In this document: in pieces, positions 34,809 through 43,626 of the stretch
How positions within the stretch are numbered: the first letter of the stretch is position 1
Layout of the letters: every line of letters begins with the position of its first letter
Assembly (NCBI GenBank): GCA_036004525.1
Contig: DASYRJ010000033.1
Coordinates: forward strand, 6,266 to 70,265
Length of the DNA stretch: 64,000 nucleotides
Reading direction: 5' to 3'
Source: Gemmatimonadales bacterium
GTDB lineage: Bacteria > Gemmatimonadota > Gemmatimonadetes > Gemmatimonadales > GWC2-71-9
Translations under genes and position numbers: made by a program
Notes under the pieces: generated by a model
The model's input: only the letters and a program-made list of their open reading frames with translations
Databases searched by the model: none
Told to the model about the DNA's origin: nothing

Positions 34809-35417
34809 ATGACCGACAGGAAGCACCGTCCCACCGAACCGGAGCCCATGGAGCCGGTGGGTGATGCCGGGGAGGAGGCCGCCGCCGCCCCGCCCCCCCC
34901 GGGCGCCGAGGCGCTCCCCGTCGAGCCGCCCGATCAGGCGATCGCGCGGCTGGAGGGGGAGCTGGCGGCGCTCCAGGACAAGTACCTCCGGCTTGCCGCC
35001 GAGTACGACAATTTCCGCAAGCGCACGACGAAGGAGCGTGCCGACGCCTGGATGCGGGCGCAGGCGGAGGTGGTGCAACGGCTGGTGGACGGGCTCGACG
35101 ACCTGGCGCGGTTCGCGCACGTGGACCCGGCGCAGACCGACGCCAAGACGATCCACGACGGCGTGGACCTGGTGGAGCGCAAGCTGTGGAAGGAGCTGGA
35201 AGCCCTCGGGGTGACCCGCGTAGATCAGATTGGCGTGCCGTTCGATCCCAATCTCCACGAGGCGGTGACGACGCAGCCGGCCGATCACCCGGCCAAGGAC
35301 CATACCGTCGGCGCCGTGCTCCAGGCGGGCTACCGGTTGCGCGATGCGTTGCTCCGGCCGGCGCGCGTCGTGGTGCTGCAGTGGCAGGGGATCGACCGGC
35401 CGATGGCTGACAGCTGA
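34809..35417 (+). CDS. grpE: Nucleotide exchange factor GrpE
   Basis: LRLAAEYDNFRKR, DLARF, FDPNLHEAV. Confidence 0.9.
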   Translation: MTDRKHRPTEPEPMEPVGDAGEEAAAAPPPPGAEALPVEPPDQAIARLEGELAALQDKYLRLAAEYDNFRKRTTKERADAWMRAQAEVVQRLVDGLDDLARFAHVDPAQTDAKTIHDGVDLVERKLWKELEALGVTRVDQIGVPFDPNLHEAVTTQPADHPAKDHTVGAVLQAGYRLRDALLRPARVVVLQWQGIDRPMADS

Positions 35418-36529
35418 TGGCTCAACAGCGCGATTACTACCAGGTGCTCGGCGTCGCCGAGACCGCCACGACCGACGAGATCAAGAAGGCGTTTCGCCGG
35501 CTGGCGAAGCAGCACCATCCCGACCGCAATCCCAACAATCCGCAGGCGGCCGAGCGTTTCAAGGAGATCAACGAGGCGCACGACGTGCTCAGCGACGCCG
35601 ACAAGCGCCGGAAATACGATCAGCTGCGCCGGTACGGGGCGTTCGCGGGAACAGGGGCAGGCGGATGGCGCGGTCCCACGGCCGGTGACGCCGACAGCGG
35701 CGTGGACTTCGACCTCTCCGACTTGGGCTCGTTCGGGGGTCTGGGCGACCTGTTCTCCTCGATTTTCGGGCGCCGCGGGGGGGCCGGGGGGGGGGGTGGG
35801 GGGGGGGCGGCCACCCGCGAGCCGGAGATCGAGGAGATCGAGACGACGGTGTCGATCCCGTTCCGGACGGCGGCGCTGGGCGGGAAAGTGCCCATCACGC
35901 TGACCATGTCGGAGGTGTGCCCCACCTGCGGCGGGAAGGGTGCGGCGCCCGGGGCGACGATCTCGACGTGTCCCGAGTGCAAGGGGCGCGGCACGATCTC
36001 GTTCGGGCAAGGCGGGTTCGCGGTGAACCGGCCCTGCCCCGTGTGCCGCGGGAAGGGCACCGTTCCGTCCCAACGCTGTGGCACCTGCCAGGGCAGCGGG
36101 GAGGTGCGGGTCGAGAAACGGATCAACGTCACCATCCCCGCGGGCACGGACGAAGGAACGAAGGTGCGCCTCAAGGGGCAGGGCCCCAAGGGCAAGGGCG
36201 ACGTCGTGGTGGAGATCCGCATCGAGCCCGACCGCTTTTTCCGGCGCGACGGGCTGGACGTGATCTGCGTCGTCCCGATCAACCTCGCTCAGGCGATGCT
36301 CGGCTCGCGCATCAAGGTGAAGACGCTCGACGGCAAGCGCGTGGTGCTCAAGGTGCCGTCCGGCACGCAGCACGGGCAGAAGTTCCGGATTCCGGGGCAG
36401 GGGATCGAAAAGAACGGGCGCCGCGGCGACCAGTACGTCGAGGTGCACGTCGAAATCCCCGAGCACCTCACGGCGGAGCAAGAGGAAGCGATCCGGGCGT
36501 TTGCCGACAAGACGGGGCTGAAATACTAG
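35417..36529 (+). CDS. dnaJ: Molecular chaperone DnaJ
   Basis: TGATG junction with grpE. J domain DYYQVLGV..HHPDRN. G-rich region. Four CxxCxGxG zinc motifs. Confidence 0.9.
   Translation: MAQQRDYYQVLGVAETATTDEIKKAFRRLAKQHHPDRNPNNPQAAERFKEINEAHDVLSDADKRRKYDQLRRYGAFAGTGAGGWRGPTAGDADSGVDFDLSDLGSFGGLGDLFSSIFGRRGGAGGGGGGGAATREPEIEEIETTVSIPFRTAALGGKVPITLTMSEVCPTCGGKGAAPGATISTCPECKGRGTISFGQGGFAVNRPCPVCRGKGTVPSQRCGTCQGSGEVRVEKRINVTIPAGTDEGTKVRLKGQGPKGKGDVVVEIRIEPDRFFRRDGLDVICVVPINLAQAMLGSRIKVKTLDGKRVVLKVPSGTQHGQKFRIPGQGIEKNGRRGDQYVEVHVEIPEHLTAEQEEAIRAFADKTGLKY
35777..35810 (+). repeat. G7-CC-G11-T-G10 tracts in the DnaJ G-rich linker
   Basis: Direct reading. Encodes GGAGGGGGGGAA. Confidence 0.85.
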
Positions 36530-37536
36530 AATACCAGCACAACCTTCCCGACGTTGCGTCGCTCGTGAATGTAGTGGTGGGCGCCTGCGGCGTCCGCCAG
36601 CGGGAAGGTGCGGCCCACTCGGGGCGTGAGCTTCCCCTCCCGCGCGTACCCGAGTAGCGCCGCGATCTGCGGCTCGAGCAACGCCCGCTCATTCCAGAGA
36701 TGGCCCAGGTTCACGCCGGCCACGCTCCGGTTGTCGTCCATGAGCGCGCGCGGGCCGAAGCGCGGAAAGCGGAGCACCCGCCAGAGCGTTTTCACCAGGT
36801 TCCGCCCCGATCCCTCGGAAAGCGCCGACGCGCCGTAGCACACCAACCGGCCGGCCGGCGCGAGCAGCCGGTAGCCGTGCCGCCACGAGTCGCCGCCCAC
36901 GGCGTCGAGCACGACGTCCACGCCATTTGGCGCGACGGCACGGACGGCCTCGAACCAGCGCGGGTCCCGGCTGTCGAGGGGCTCGACGCCGTACTGGCGC
37001 AGGATATCGTGCTTGCCCGTGGACGCCAGCCCGAGCACTCGGAAACCCAGCAGGCGCCCCAGCTCCGCGACGGCGAGCCCCACTCCACCGGCGGCGGCGT
37101 GTACGAGCACCGTCTCGCCGCGCTGAGCGGCGGCCACGCGGACGAGCATGTGGTGTGCGGTGAGATACACGACCGGGAAGGCGGCTCCCTGCTCGAAGCT
37201 CCATCCCGTTGGAAGCGGGAACGCGGCGGCGGCGGGGACGACCACGAGCTCGCTCTGGCCGCCGAACTTCGTCGTGGCGACGACCAGTTCCCCGCGGCGC
37301 AGCGTCGTGACCCCGTCGCCCACGGCGTCGACCGCGCCCGCCACCTCGTAGCCGACGGTACAGGGGGGGCGCGGGGCGTCGGGGTAGAGCCCTTGGCGGG
37401 CGAGGAGATCGGAGAAGTTGACGCCGGCGGCGTGCACGCGGATCCGCACGGTACCGGGCTCGACGGGCGGGTCCGGCGCCTGCCGCACCTCCAGGACTTC
37501 GGGAGGGCCGTAGCGCGGGATGACGAGCTGCTTCAC
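36526..37536 (-). CDS. Zinc-type alcohol dehydrogenase-like quinone oxidoreductase
   Basis: MDR fold. VRIRVHAAGVNFSDL, VLVHAAAGGVGLAV. 336 aa. Confidence 0.85.
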   Translation of the reverse strand: MKQLVIPRYGPPEVLEVRQAPDPPVEPGTVRIRVHAAGVNFSDLLARQGLYPDAPRPPCTVGYEVAGAVDAVGDGVTTLRRGELVVATTKFGGQSELVVVPAAAAFPLPTGWSFEQGAAFPVVYLTAHHMLVRVAAAQRGETVLVHAAAGGVGLAVAELGRLLGFRVLGLASTGKHDILRQYGVEPLDSRDPRWFEAVRAVAPNGVDVVLDAVGGDSWRHGYRLLAPAGRLVCYGASALSEGSGRNLVKTLWRVLRFPRFGPRALMDDNRSVAGVNLGHLWNERALLEPQIAALLGYAREGKLTPRVGRTFPLADAAGAHHYIHERRNVGKVVLVF

Positions 37537-38969
37537 GTGCGCAAGGCCGCCCGCATCGCGAGCGCGCTCGCCGGGCAGGCCCCGCGCAGCTCCGCCGAGC
37601 GCTCCAGCGCCGGGTCCATCTCCTTCCGGTCGATCCGCTGGAAGCCGAACCGTGGAAAGAAGTCTCCCGCCGTCGTGGTCAGCAGGTAGACGTTCTCGAC
37701 GCCGCGCGCGACGGCCAGCTCGAGCGCCGCTTCGGTGAGCCGGTGACCCAGTCCCTCGCCCCGTCGCCTGGGGTCAACGGCCACCGACCGCAGCAGGCCC
37801 GCCCTGCCGTAGACCTCGACCGCCGCGCACCCCACGATCCCGCCGGCGTCCCGCGCGACAAGCGTGGTCGCCAGATGGTCCGCGAGCCCATCCGTGGGGA
37901 GCTTGCTCTGTTCGAGCAGCGCGACGATCTCCGGCAGGTCGCGGCTGGTCGCCGGAGCGATGCGGCTCGGGATGCAAGACGCGGGATGCGGGATGCGTTG
38001 CAGCTCGTGCTGCAGCGTTTCCCTCAGGCCGTCCTCGAGCGGACGCACCCTGAATCCCAGCTCCTGCTGGGCCTTCTCGCTGCTCGCGAGGTAGGTGACC
38101 CCGGCAGCGATCCGCAACGTCTCAGCGCTGTAGGTCTGGGGCAGGGGGACCACCCTTTCCACCACGCCGGCCGCCGCCGCCATCGCGCGCAGCAGCATCG
38201 CCGGCGGACGGAGCCGTGGAGGGCGGATCCCGGTGATGCGCTCCGCGATTTCCAGAGCCTCCTCGAGCGTGTGCGGGGGGCCCGCGAGGATATAGCTCTC
38301 GCCGGGGCGTCCCTTCTCCATGGCGAGCACGTGCCCGTGCGCCGTGTCGTCCACATGGCCCCAGCAGAACGCGGCGCCGTGCGGCCGGATGGGCAGGTTG
38401 CGCTTCAGGTACTGGCGCAGCAGGTTGCCGATCACACTCGGATCGCCCGGGCCGTACACGACGCCCGGCAGGACGATCACGAGCGGCAGCCCGTCCCGCA
38501 TCATCGGCAGCGCGACCTGGTAGTGGGCCGCCCACTTGGTTCGATCGTACTCGGAGAGCCAGGGGCCGTCGAAGCGATAGGACTCGTCGCCGACCCAGCC
38601 GTGGGTGTCGGAGAAGACGGCAACGGTGCTGGTGTACACCCCTTTCGGGATGTGCAGCTCGCGCATCAGCTCGAGGACGTGGCGGGTGCCCTGCACGTTG
38701 ATCCGTTCGGCGTCGCCGCGGGCCCGCGCGGGCCCGCCGATCTTGTACCAGGCGGCCAGATGGAAGACGCCGTCCACGCCGTGCATCGGCGTGCGCATGG
38801 AATCCTTGTCCGTGATGTCGCCGGTATGGAGCGAGGCGCCGAGGGCGGCGAGTTCCGAGGCGTGGGCGGGGGAGCGGACCAGGGCGCGGACCTCGTGGCC
38901 GGCGGCGCGGAGCTGGCGCACCAGCCGCCCGCCGATGAACCCGGTCGCCCCGGTCACGAAGTAGCGCAT
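37533..38969 (-). CDS. Fusion protein: NAD-dependent epimerase/dehydratase (SDR) N-domain plus GNAT acetyltransferase (ArsN2-like) C-domain
   Basis: MRYFVTGATGFIGGRL, YxxxK region (YDRTKWAAH). C-terminal RRRGEGLGHRL GNAT motif A and an ACPASALAM tail. Confidence 0.8.
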   Translation of the reverse strand: MRYFVTGATGFIGGRLVRQLRAAGHEVRALVRSPAHASELAALGASLHTGDITDKDSMRTPMHGVDGVFHLAAWYKIGGPARARGDAERINVQGTRHVLELMRELHIPKGVYTSTVAVFSDTHGWVGDESYRFDGPWLSEYDRTKWAAHYQVALPMMRDGLPLVIVLPGVVYGPGDPSVIGNLLRQYLKRNLPIRPHGAAFCWGHVDDTAHGHVLAMEKGRPGESYILAGPPHTLEEALEIAERITGIRPPRLRPPAMLLRAMAAAAGVVERVVPLPQTYSAETLRIAAGVTYLASSEKAQQELGFRVRPLEDGLRETLQHELQRIPHPASCIPSRIAPATSRDLPEIVALLEQSKLPTDGLADHLATTLVARDAGGIVGCAAVEVYGRAGLLRSVAVDPRRRGEGLGHRLTEAALELAVARGVENVYLLTTTAGDFFPRFGFQRIDRKEMDPALERSAELRGACPASALAMRAALRT

Positions 38970-39045
38970 CGGCGTAAGCTAGCTAGTTTGGAACACATGG
39001 CGCCCTTGGCGTCTGAGCGTCTCGGCGCCTCGGCGTCTAGTCTTT

Positions 39046-39118
39046 TGGGGTGTAGGTCAACTGGCAGACCGCCCGGCTGTTAACCGGGAAGTTGGAGGTT
39101 CGAGTCCTCCCGCCCCAG
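39046..39118 (+). tRNA. tRNA-Asn (anticodon GUU)
   Basis: Hand-folded cloverleaf. Acceptor TGGGGTG/CGCCCCA. D arm GGTC-AACTGGCA-GACC. Anticodon arm CCCGG-CTGTTAA-CCGGG. T arm GGAGG-TTCGAGT-CCTCC. Discriminator G. No CCA is encoded. Confidence 0.85.
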
Positions 39119-39120
39119 TC

Positions 39121-40278
39121 TCACCCACCCGTCGCGGGCGTGATCCGCACCATCACCACGCCGTGCGCGGGAACGGTCGCATTGAAGCGGCCCGTGACCG
39201 TGCCGACGTCGGTGTGCGTCCAGAGATCCCGCACCCGCGCGGGGCCGCTGATGCCGATCGCCCGCCAGGAAGCGGCGATCACCGTTTGTAGGCCCGATCG
39301 GTTGAGCAGCACGACGGCGCGCGAGCCGTCGGCCAGCGGCTTCGACCACACCTGGAGATCGATCCCGGGTTCCTGGACCAGCATCCCCTGCACGCCGAGC
39401 GAGTCCTGGTCCACCGCGATCACCTCTTTGTTAGCGAGGATCTCGCGAGTCGCGGGTGGCATCGCGCGGACGTCGTTCCCCGCCATGAGCGGCGCGGCCA
39501 TCACGGCCCAGAGACTGAAGTGGGCGCGGTACTCGTCGTCGGTCATCCCGCCGTTGCCCACCTCCAGCATGTCGGGATCGTTCCACGCGCCCGGACGGGC
39601 GGCGAGCGCATACTGGCTCGAGAGATCGAGGATGGCGATCATGCTGGCCCAGCGGTCGCCGATGTCGCCGGTAGTGCGCCACAGATTGCCGGTGCGCGGG
39701 CCCCACTCCCACGGGTGGTTCGAGCCCCATTCGCAGATGCTGAAGACGATGGGCCGGCCCGCCTTGGCGAGCGCGTCACGGAACTTGGCGTACTGCGTGG
39801 GCCCGTCGAGCCCCTCCGAGTTGCACCAGTCCTCCTTCACGTAATCGACGCCCCATTCCGCGAACGTGCGGGCGTCGATCTCCTCGGAGCCGTAGGTGCC
39901 CGGGCGGCCCTGACAGGTGCGACGCCCGGCGTCGGTGTAGATCCCGAACTTGAGTCCCTTGGCATGGACGTAATCGGCGAGCGGCTTGATGCCGCCCGGG
40001 AATCGGGCCGAGTCGGCCACGAGGCGGCCGGCGCGGTCGCGCGCCACCTGCCAGCAGTCGTCGATGACGACGTACTGGTAGCCTGCGTCGCGCATTCCGC
40101 TCGCGACCAGCGCGTCGGCGGTCTCCCTGATCAGCTGGGCGCTCACGTCGCAGTGGAAATGGTTCCAGCTGTTCCATCCCATCGGGGGCGTGCGGGCCAG
40201 GCCGTTGTCGAGTGCGGGGCGGCCCTCAAAGGAGAGGGCGAGGGCGAGGCAGAGTAGCGTCGGGAATCGCGCGGACAT
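39121..40278 (-). CDS. GH27 alpha-galactosidase (secreted)
   Basis: Signal peptide. LARTPPMGWNSWNHF, YVVIDDCW, DYVKEDWC. Confidence 0.85.
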   Translation of the reverse strand: MSARFPTLLCLALALSFEGRPALDNGLARTPPMGWNSWNHFHCDVSAQLIRETADALVASGMRDAGYQYVVIDDCWQVARDRAGRLVADSARFPGGIKPLADYVHAKGLKFGIYTDAGRRTCQGRPGTYGSEEIDARTFAEWGVDYVKEDWCNSEGLDGPTQYAKFRDALAKAGRPIVFSICEWGSNHPWEWGPRTGNLWRTTGDIGDRWASMIAILDLSSQYALAARPGAWNDPDMLEVGNGGMTDDEYRAHFSLWAVMAAPLMAGNDVRAMPPATREILANKEVIAVDQDSLGVQGMLVQEPGIDLQVWSKPLADGSRAVVLLNRSGLQTVIAASWRAIGISGPARVRDLWTHTDVGTVTGRFNATVPAHGVVMVRITPATGG

Positions 40279-40546
40279 GGCCGGGCTTGAACGTGAGGTC
40301 CACGTGACGCGGCCGCAAGACGCACGTGCTTGTTGGGGAGGGTGTGGCGTTTGTTCAGCAGGTGTCGCGTCCGCGCCACTCGCGGCCGCGGCCTACACCG
40401 ATCCGTCGCTGGTGATCCACTTCACAGCCGGAAGGCTTCAGTCGGAAACGGGGGGCACGCGGTTTGCCGCGACCTCTCACCGCAGCAAGCTCCCGAGTCT
40501 AGCCAGCCGCTTCATCCACGCCGTCACCCCTTGCCCGGGGGGTTTC

Positions 40547-43500
40547 ATGACACGCTCCGTCGTTCTATTCGCTTTCACTTTGGTGGCGGTCCCGATGGCT
40601 CGCGCCCAGGACGCGGGCACGATTGCCGGGACAGTCAAGGGTCGCGAGACCGGCGCTCCCTTGCCCGGCGCCAGCGTCACGGTCCTCGGGACGCGGTTCG
40701 GCACCAACACCGGGCCGGACGGCCGGTACACCATCGCCGGCGTCCCCGCCGGCAGCTACCGCGTGCGGGCCCGATTCATCGGCTACAAGACCCTGGACGA
40801 CAGCGCCGTCGTCGTGGTCGCGGGCCAGGTGACCACCGCCGACTTCCAGCTCGCCGCGCAGGCGATCGAGCTGCAAGCGGTCGTGGCCGTCGGCTACGGC
40901 ACGCAGACGAAGGCGACGTTGACGGGGGCGGTCAGCGCCGCCCCGGGCGAGGAGCTCGAGGCGGTGCCCACCGTCAACGTGGCGAACACGCTCGCCGGCA
41001 AGCTGCCGGGGGTGATCACGATCAACCAGAGCGGCGAGCCCGGGTACGACGGGGCGACGATCCGGATCCGGGGCAGTCACACCCTGAACAACAACGACGC
41101 GCTCGTCGTCATCGACGGCGTCCCCGATCGTGCCGGCGGCCTGGAGCGGCTCGACCCGCGGGAGATCGAAAGCATCAGCGTCCTGAAGGACGCCACGGCG
41201 GCCATCTACGGCTCACGCGCGGCCAACGGCGTCATCCTGATCACGACGAAGCGCGGGGAGGGCACGGCCCCGAAGGTCACGGCGAGCTTCAACCAGGGCG
41301 TGATCCACCCCACGCGGCTTCCCCAGATGGCCGACGCAGCGACGTACATGACGATGCTCAACGAGATCGACTTGTACCGGAACCGGACCCCACGCTACTC
41401 CGAGGACCTGATCCAGAAATTCCGGGAAGGCGCCGACCCCTGGCTGTACCCGAACACCGACTGGTTCGGCGAGGTCATCAAGCCCATCTCGCTGCAGAGT
41501 GTGGGACATGTGGCCCTCACCGGCGGCGCCGACCGGATCGGGTACTATCTCTCCCTGGGCGGTCTGACGGAGGACGGCTATTACCGGAACAGCGGGACCC
41601 GGTACAACCAGTACAGCTTCCGGAGCAACATCGACGGCCGGCTGAGCCAAAACGTCAGCGTGCAGTTCGACGTCTCCGGACGCCTCGAGGACCGCAACTT
41701 CCCGGCCCGAAGCGCGGGCTCGATCTTCCGGGCGCTCATACGCGGCAAGCCGAACCTCCCGGGGTATTGGCCCAACGGGCTCCCCGGACCCGACATCGAG
41801 TTCGGCGACAATCCCGTGGTGACGTCGACGCAGGCGACGGGATACGACAACGACGAGCGGTATTACCTGCAGGGCAACCTGCGCGTGGACCTGAAGGTGC
41901 CGTGGGTGAGCGGCCTGACGCTCCGCTACAATGGGGCCTACGACCTGCGCATGTTGAACCGGAAGTCGTGGCGGACCCCTTGGACGCTGTACACCTGGGA
42001 CGGGACGCGCGGCGCGGACAGCCAGCCGGTGCTGAAGCCTGCGACGCGGGGCTACAGCGCGCCCGAGCTCACCGACTATGACCAGCAGTCCACCGGTATC
42101 CTGCTGAACTTGATCGCGGAATACCGGCGGAACATCGGCGAGCACACCGTCGGCATCCTGGGCGGCATCGAACGACAGAAGGCGGACAGCGCGTATTTCA
42201 GCGCTTTCCGGAAGAACTTCATCTCGGACCAGCTCGACGAGATCTTCGCCGGCGGCGATGCTGAAAAGACCAACGACGGCCGCGCCTACGTTGGAGCGCG
42301 GCAGAACTACTTCACCCGCCTCAACTACGCCTTCCGGGACAAGTACCTGCTCCAGTTCGTCGGGCGCTCCGACGGGTCGTATATCTTCGCGAAGGATACG
42401 CGCTTCGGCTTCTTCCCGGGCGTCTCGGCGGGATGGCGTATCTCGGAAGAGCCCTTCTTCCGCGACCACGTGCCGCTCTTCAACGAGCTGAAGCTGCGGG
42501 CGTCGTGGGGCAAGACCGGCAACGACCGGATCGAAGAATGGCAGTACTTGGCCACCTATGGATTCGGCGGCGGTTATGTCTTCGGCGGCGACCGGGAAGT
42601 GAAGAGCATCTTCCCCACCCGGACCCCCAATCCCGCGGTGACCTGGGAGGTCGCGACCCAGCGCGACCTCGGTCTCGAGGGCATCCTGTTCGACAACCGG
42701 CTCTCGTTTGTATTCGACGTCTTCAAAGAGCAGCGGAACAACATTCTCCTGCGCCGGAACGCCTCGGTGCCTCGGACCACCGGGCTGAGCCTGCCGCGCG
42801 AGAACATCGGCGTGGTCTCGAGCTGGGGCTACGACGGATCGCTCACCTGGCGGCAGCGGCTGGCGAGCGGCGTGTCCTACGATGTGACGTTCACCGGCGG
42901 CTATGCCCAGAACAAGATCCTGTTCTGGGACGAGCCCCCGGGAGCGCCGCCGTGGCAGCGTTCGACGGGCCACCGGATGAACACCGGCCTGTATTACCGG
43001 GCGATCGGCGTGTTCAAGGACCAGGCCGCCGTGGACGCCTACCCCCACTGGGACGGAGCGCGCCCGGGCGACATCATCTTCGAGGACGTGAACCACGACG
43101 GCCGGATCAACGGAGACGACCGCGTCCGTAACGATAGGAACGGCGATCCCACCTTCACCGGCGGCCTCAAGCTCGGCGCGCAAGCGAGGAGTTTCGAGGT
43201 CACCGTGTTCTTCCAGGCCGCCTTCGATGCCGTGCAGTACTTCCGGACGGAATCCGGCGACATCGGCAACTTCACCCGGGAATTCGCCGAACATCGTTGG
43301 ACGCCGGAGCATCCGAGCGACAAATACCCGCGAACGTTCAACCGGCTCGACGAGTACTGGGTCGCGAACGCGAACACCTATTTCCTGCGCGATGCGAGCT
43401 ACATCCGCCTGAAGTCCGTCGAGGTCGGGTACCGGCTGCCGGATCGCCTGGCGCGCGCCATGGGTGTGGGGAACATGCGGATATACGCCAGCGGATACAA

Positions 43501-43612
43501 TCTCTTCTTGTGGGACCAGTTCAAGGTGGTGGACCCCGAGACGCGGGACTCACAGGGCCAGTACTACCCCCAGCAGCGCGTCATCAACATCGGCGCGTCT
43601 GCCGGGTTCTAA
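40547..43612 (+). CDS. SusC/RagA-type TonB-dependent outer-membrane transporter
   Basis: Signal peptide. Carboxypeptidase-regulatory-like domain (GTIAGTVKG..TGAPLPGASV). Plug region (IRIRGSHTLNNNDALVVIDG..VLKDATAAIYGSRAANGVILITTKRG). C-terminal barrel ending NIGASAGF. Confidence 0.9.
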   Translation: MTRSVVLFAFTLVAVPMARAQDAGTIAGTVKGRETGAPLPGASVTVLGTRFGTNTGPDGRYTIAGVPAGSYRVRARFIGYKTLDDSAVVVVAGQVTTADFQLAAQAIELQAVVAVGYGTQTKATLTGAVSAAPGEELEAVPTVNVANTLAGKLPGVITINQSGEPGYDGATIRIRGSHTLNNNDALVVIDGVPDRAGGLERLDPREIESISVLKDATAAIYGSRAANGVILITTKRGEGTAPKVTASFNQGVIHPTRLPQMADAATYMTMLNEIDLYRNRTPRYSEDLIQKFREGADPWLYPNTDWFGEVIKPISLQSVGHVALTGGADRIGYYLSLGGLTEDGYYRNSGTRYNQYSFRSNIDGRLSQNVSVQFDVSGRLEDRNFPARSAGSIFRALIRGKPNLPGYWPNGLPGPDIEFGDNPVVTSTQATGYDNDERYYLQGNLRVDLKVPWVSGLTLRYNGAYDLRMLNRKSWRTPWTLYTWDGTRGADSQPVLKPATRGYSAPELTDYDQQSTGILLNLIAEYRRNIGEHTVGILGGIERQKADSAYFSAFRKNFISDQLDEIFAGGDAEKTNDGRAYVGARQNYFTRLNYAFRDKYLLQFVGRSDGSYIFAKDTRFGFFPGVSAGWRISEEPFFRDHVPLFNELKLRASWGKTGNDRIEEWQYLATYGFGGGYVFGGDREVKSIFPTRTPNPAVTWEVATQRDLGLEGILFDNRLSFVFDVFKEQRNNILLRRNASVPRTTGLSLPRENIGVVSSWGYDGSLTWRQRLASGVSYDVTFTGGYAQNKILFWDEPPGAPPWQRSTGHRMNTGLYYRAIGVFKDQAAVDAYPHWDGARPGDIIFEDVNHDGRINGDDRVRNDRNGDPTFTGGLKLGAQARSFEVTVFFQAAFDAVQYFRTESGDIGNFTREFAEHRWTPEHPSDKYPRTFNRLDEYWVANANTYFLRDASYIRLKSVEVGYRLPDRLARAMGVGNMRIYASGYNLFLWDQFKVVDPETRDSQGQYYPQQRVINIGASAGF

Positions 43613-43626
43613 CGGGGACAACGACC

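Noticed and set aside
39046-40300. tRNA-Asn as an integration site for a genomic island
   Set aside because: I found no integrase, no direct repeat of the tRNA 3' end, and no compositional break. The flanking genes are ordinary metabolic genes.
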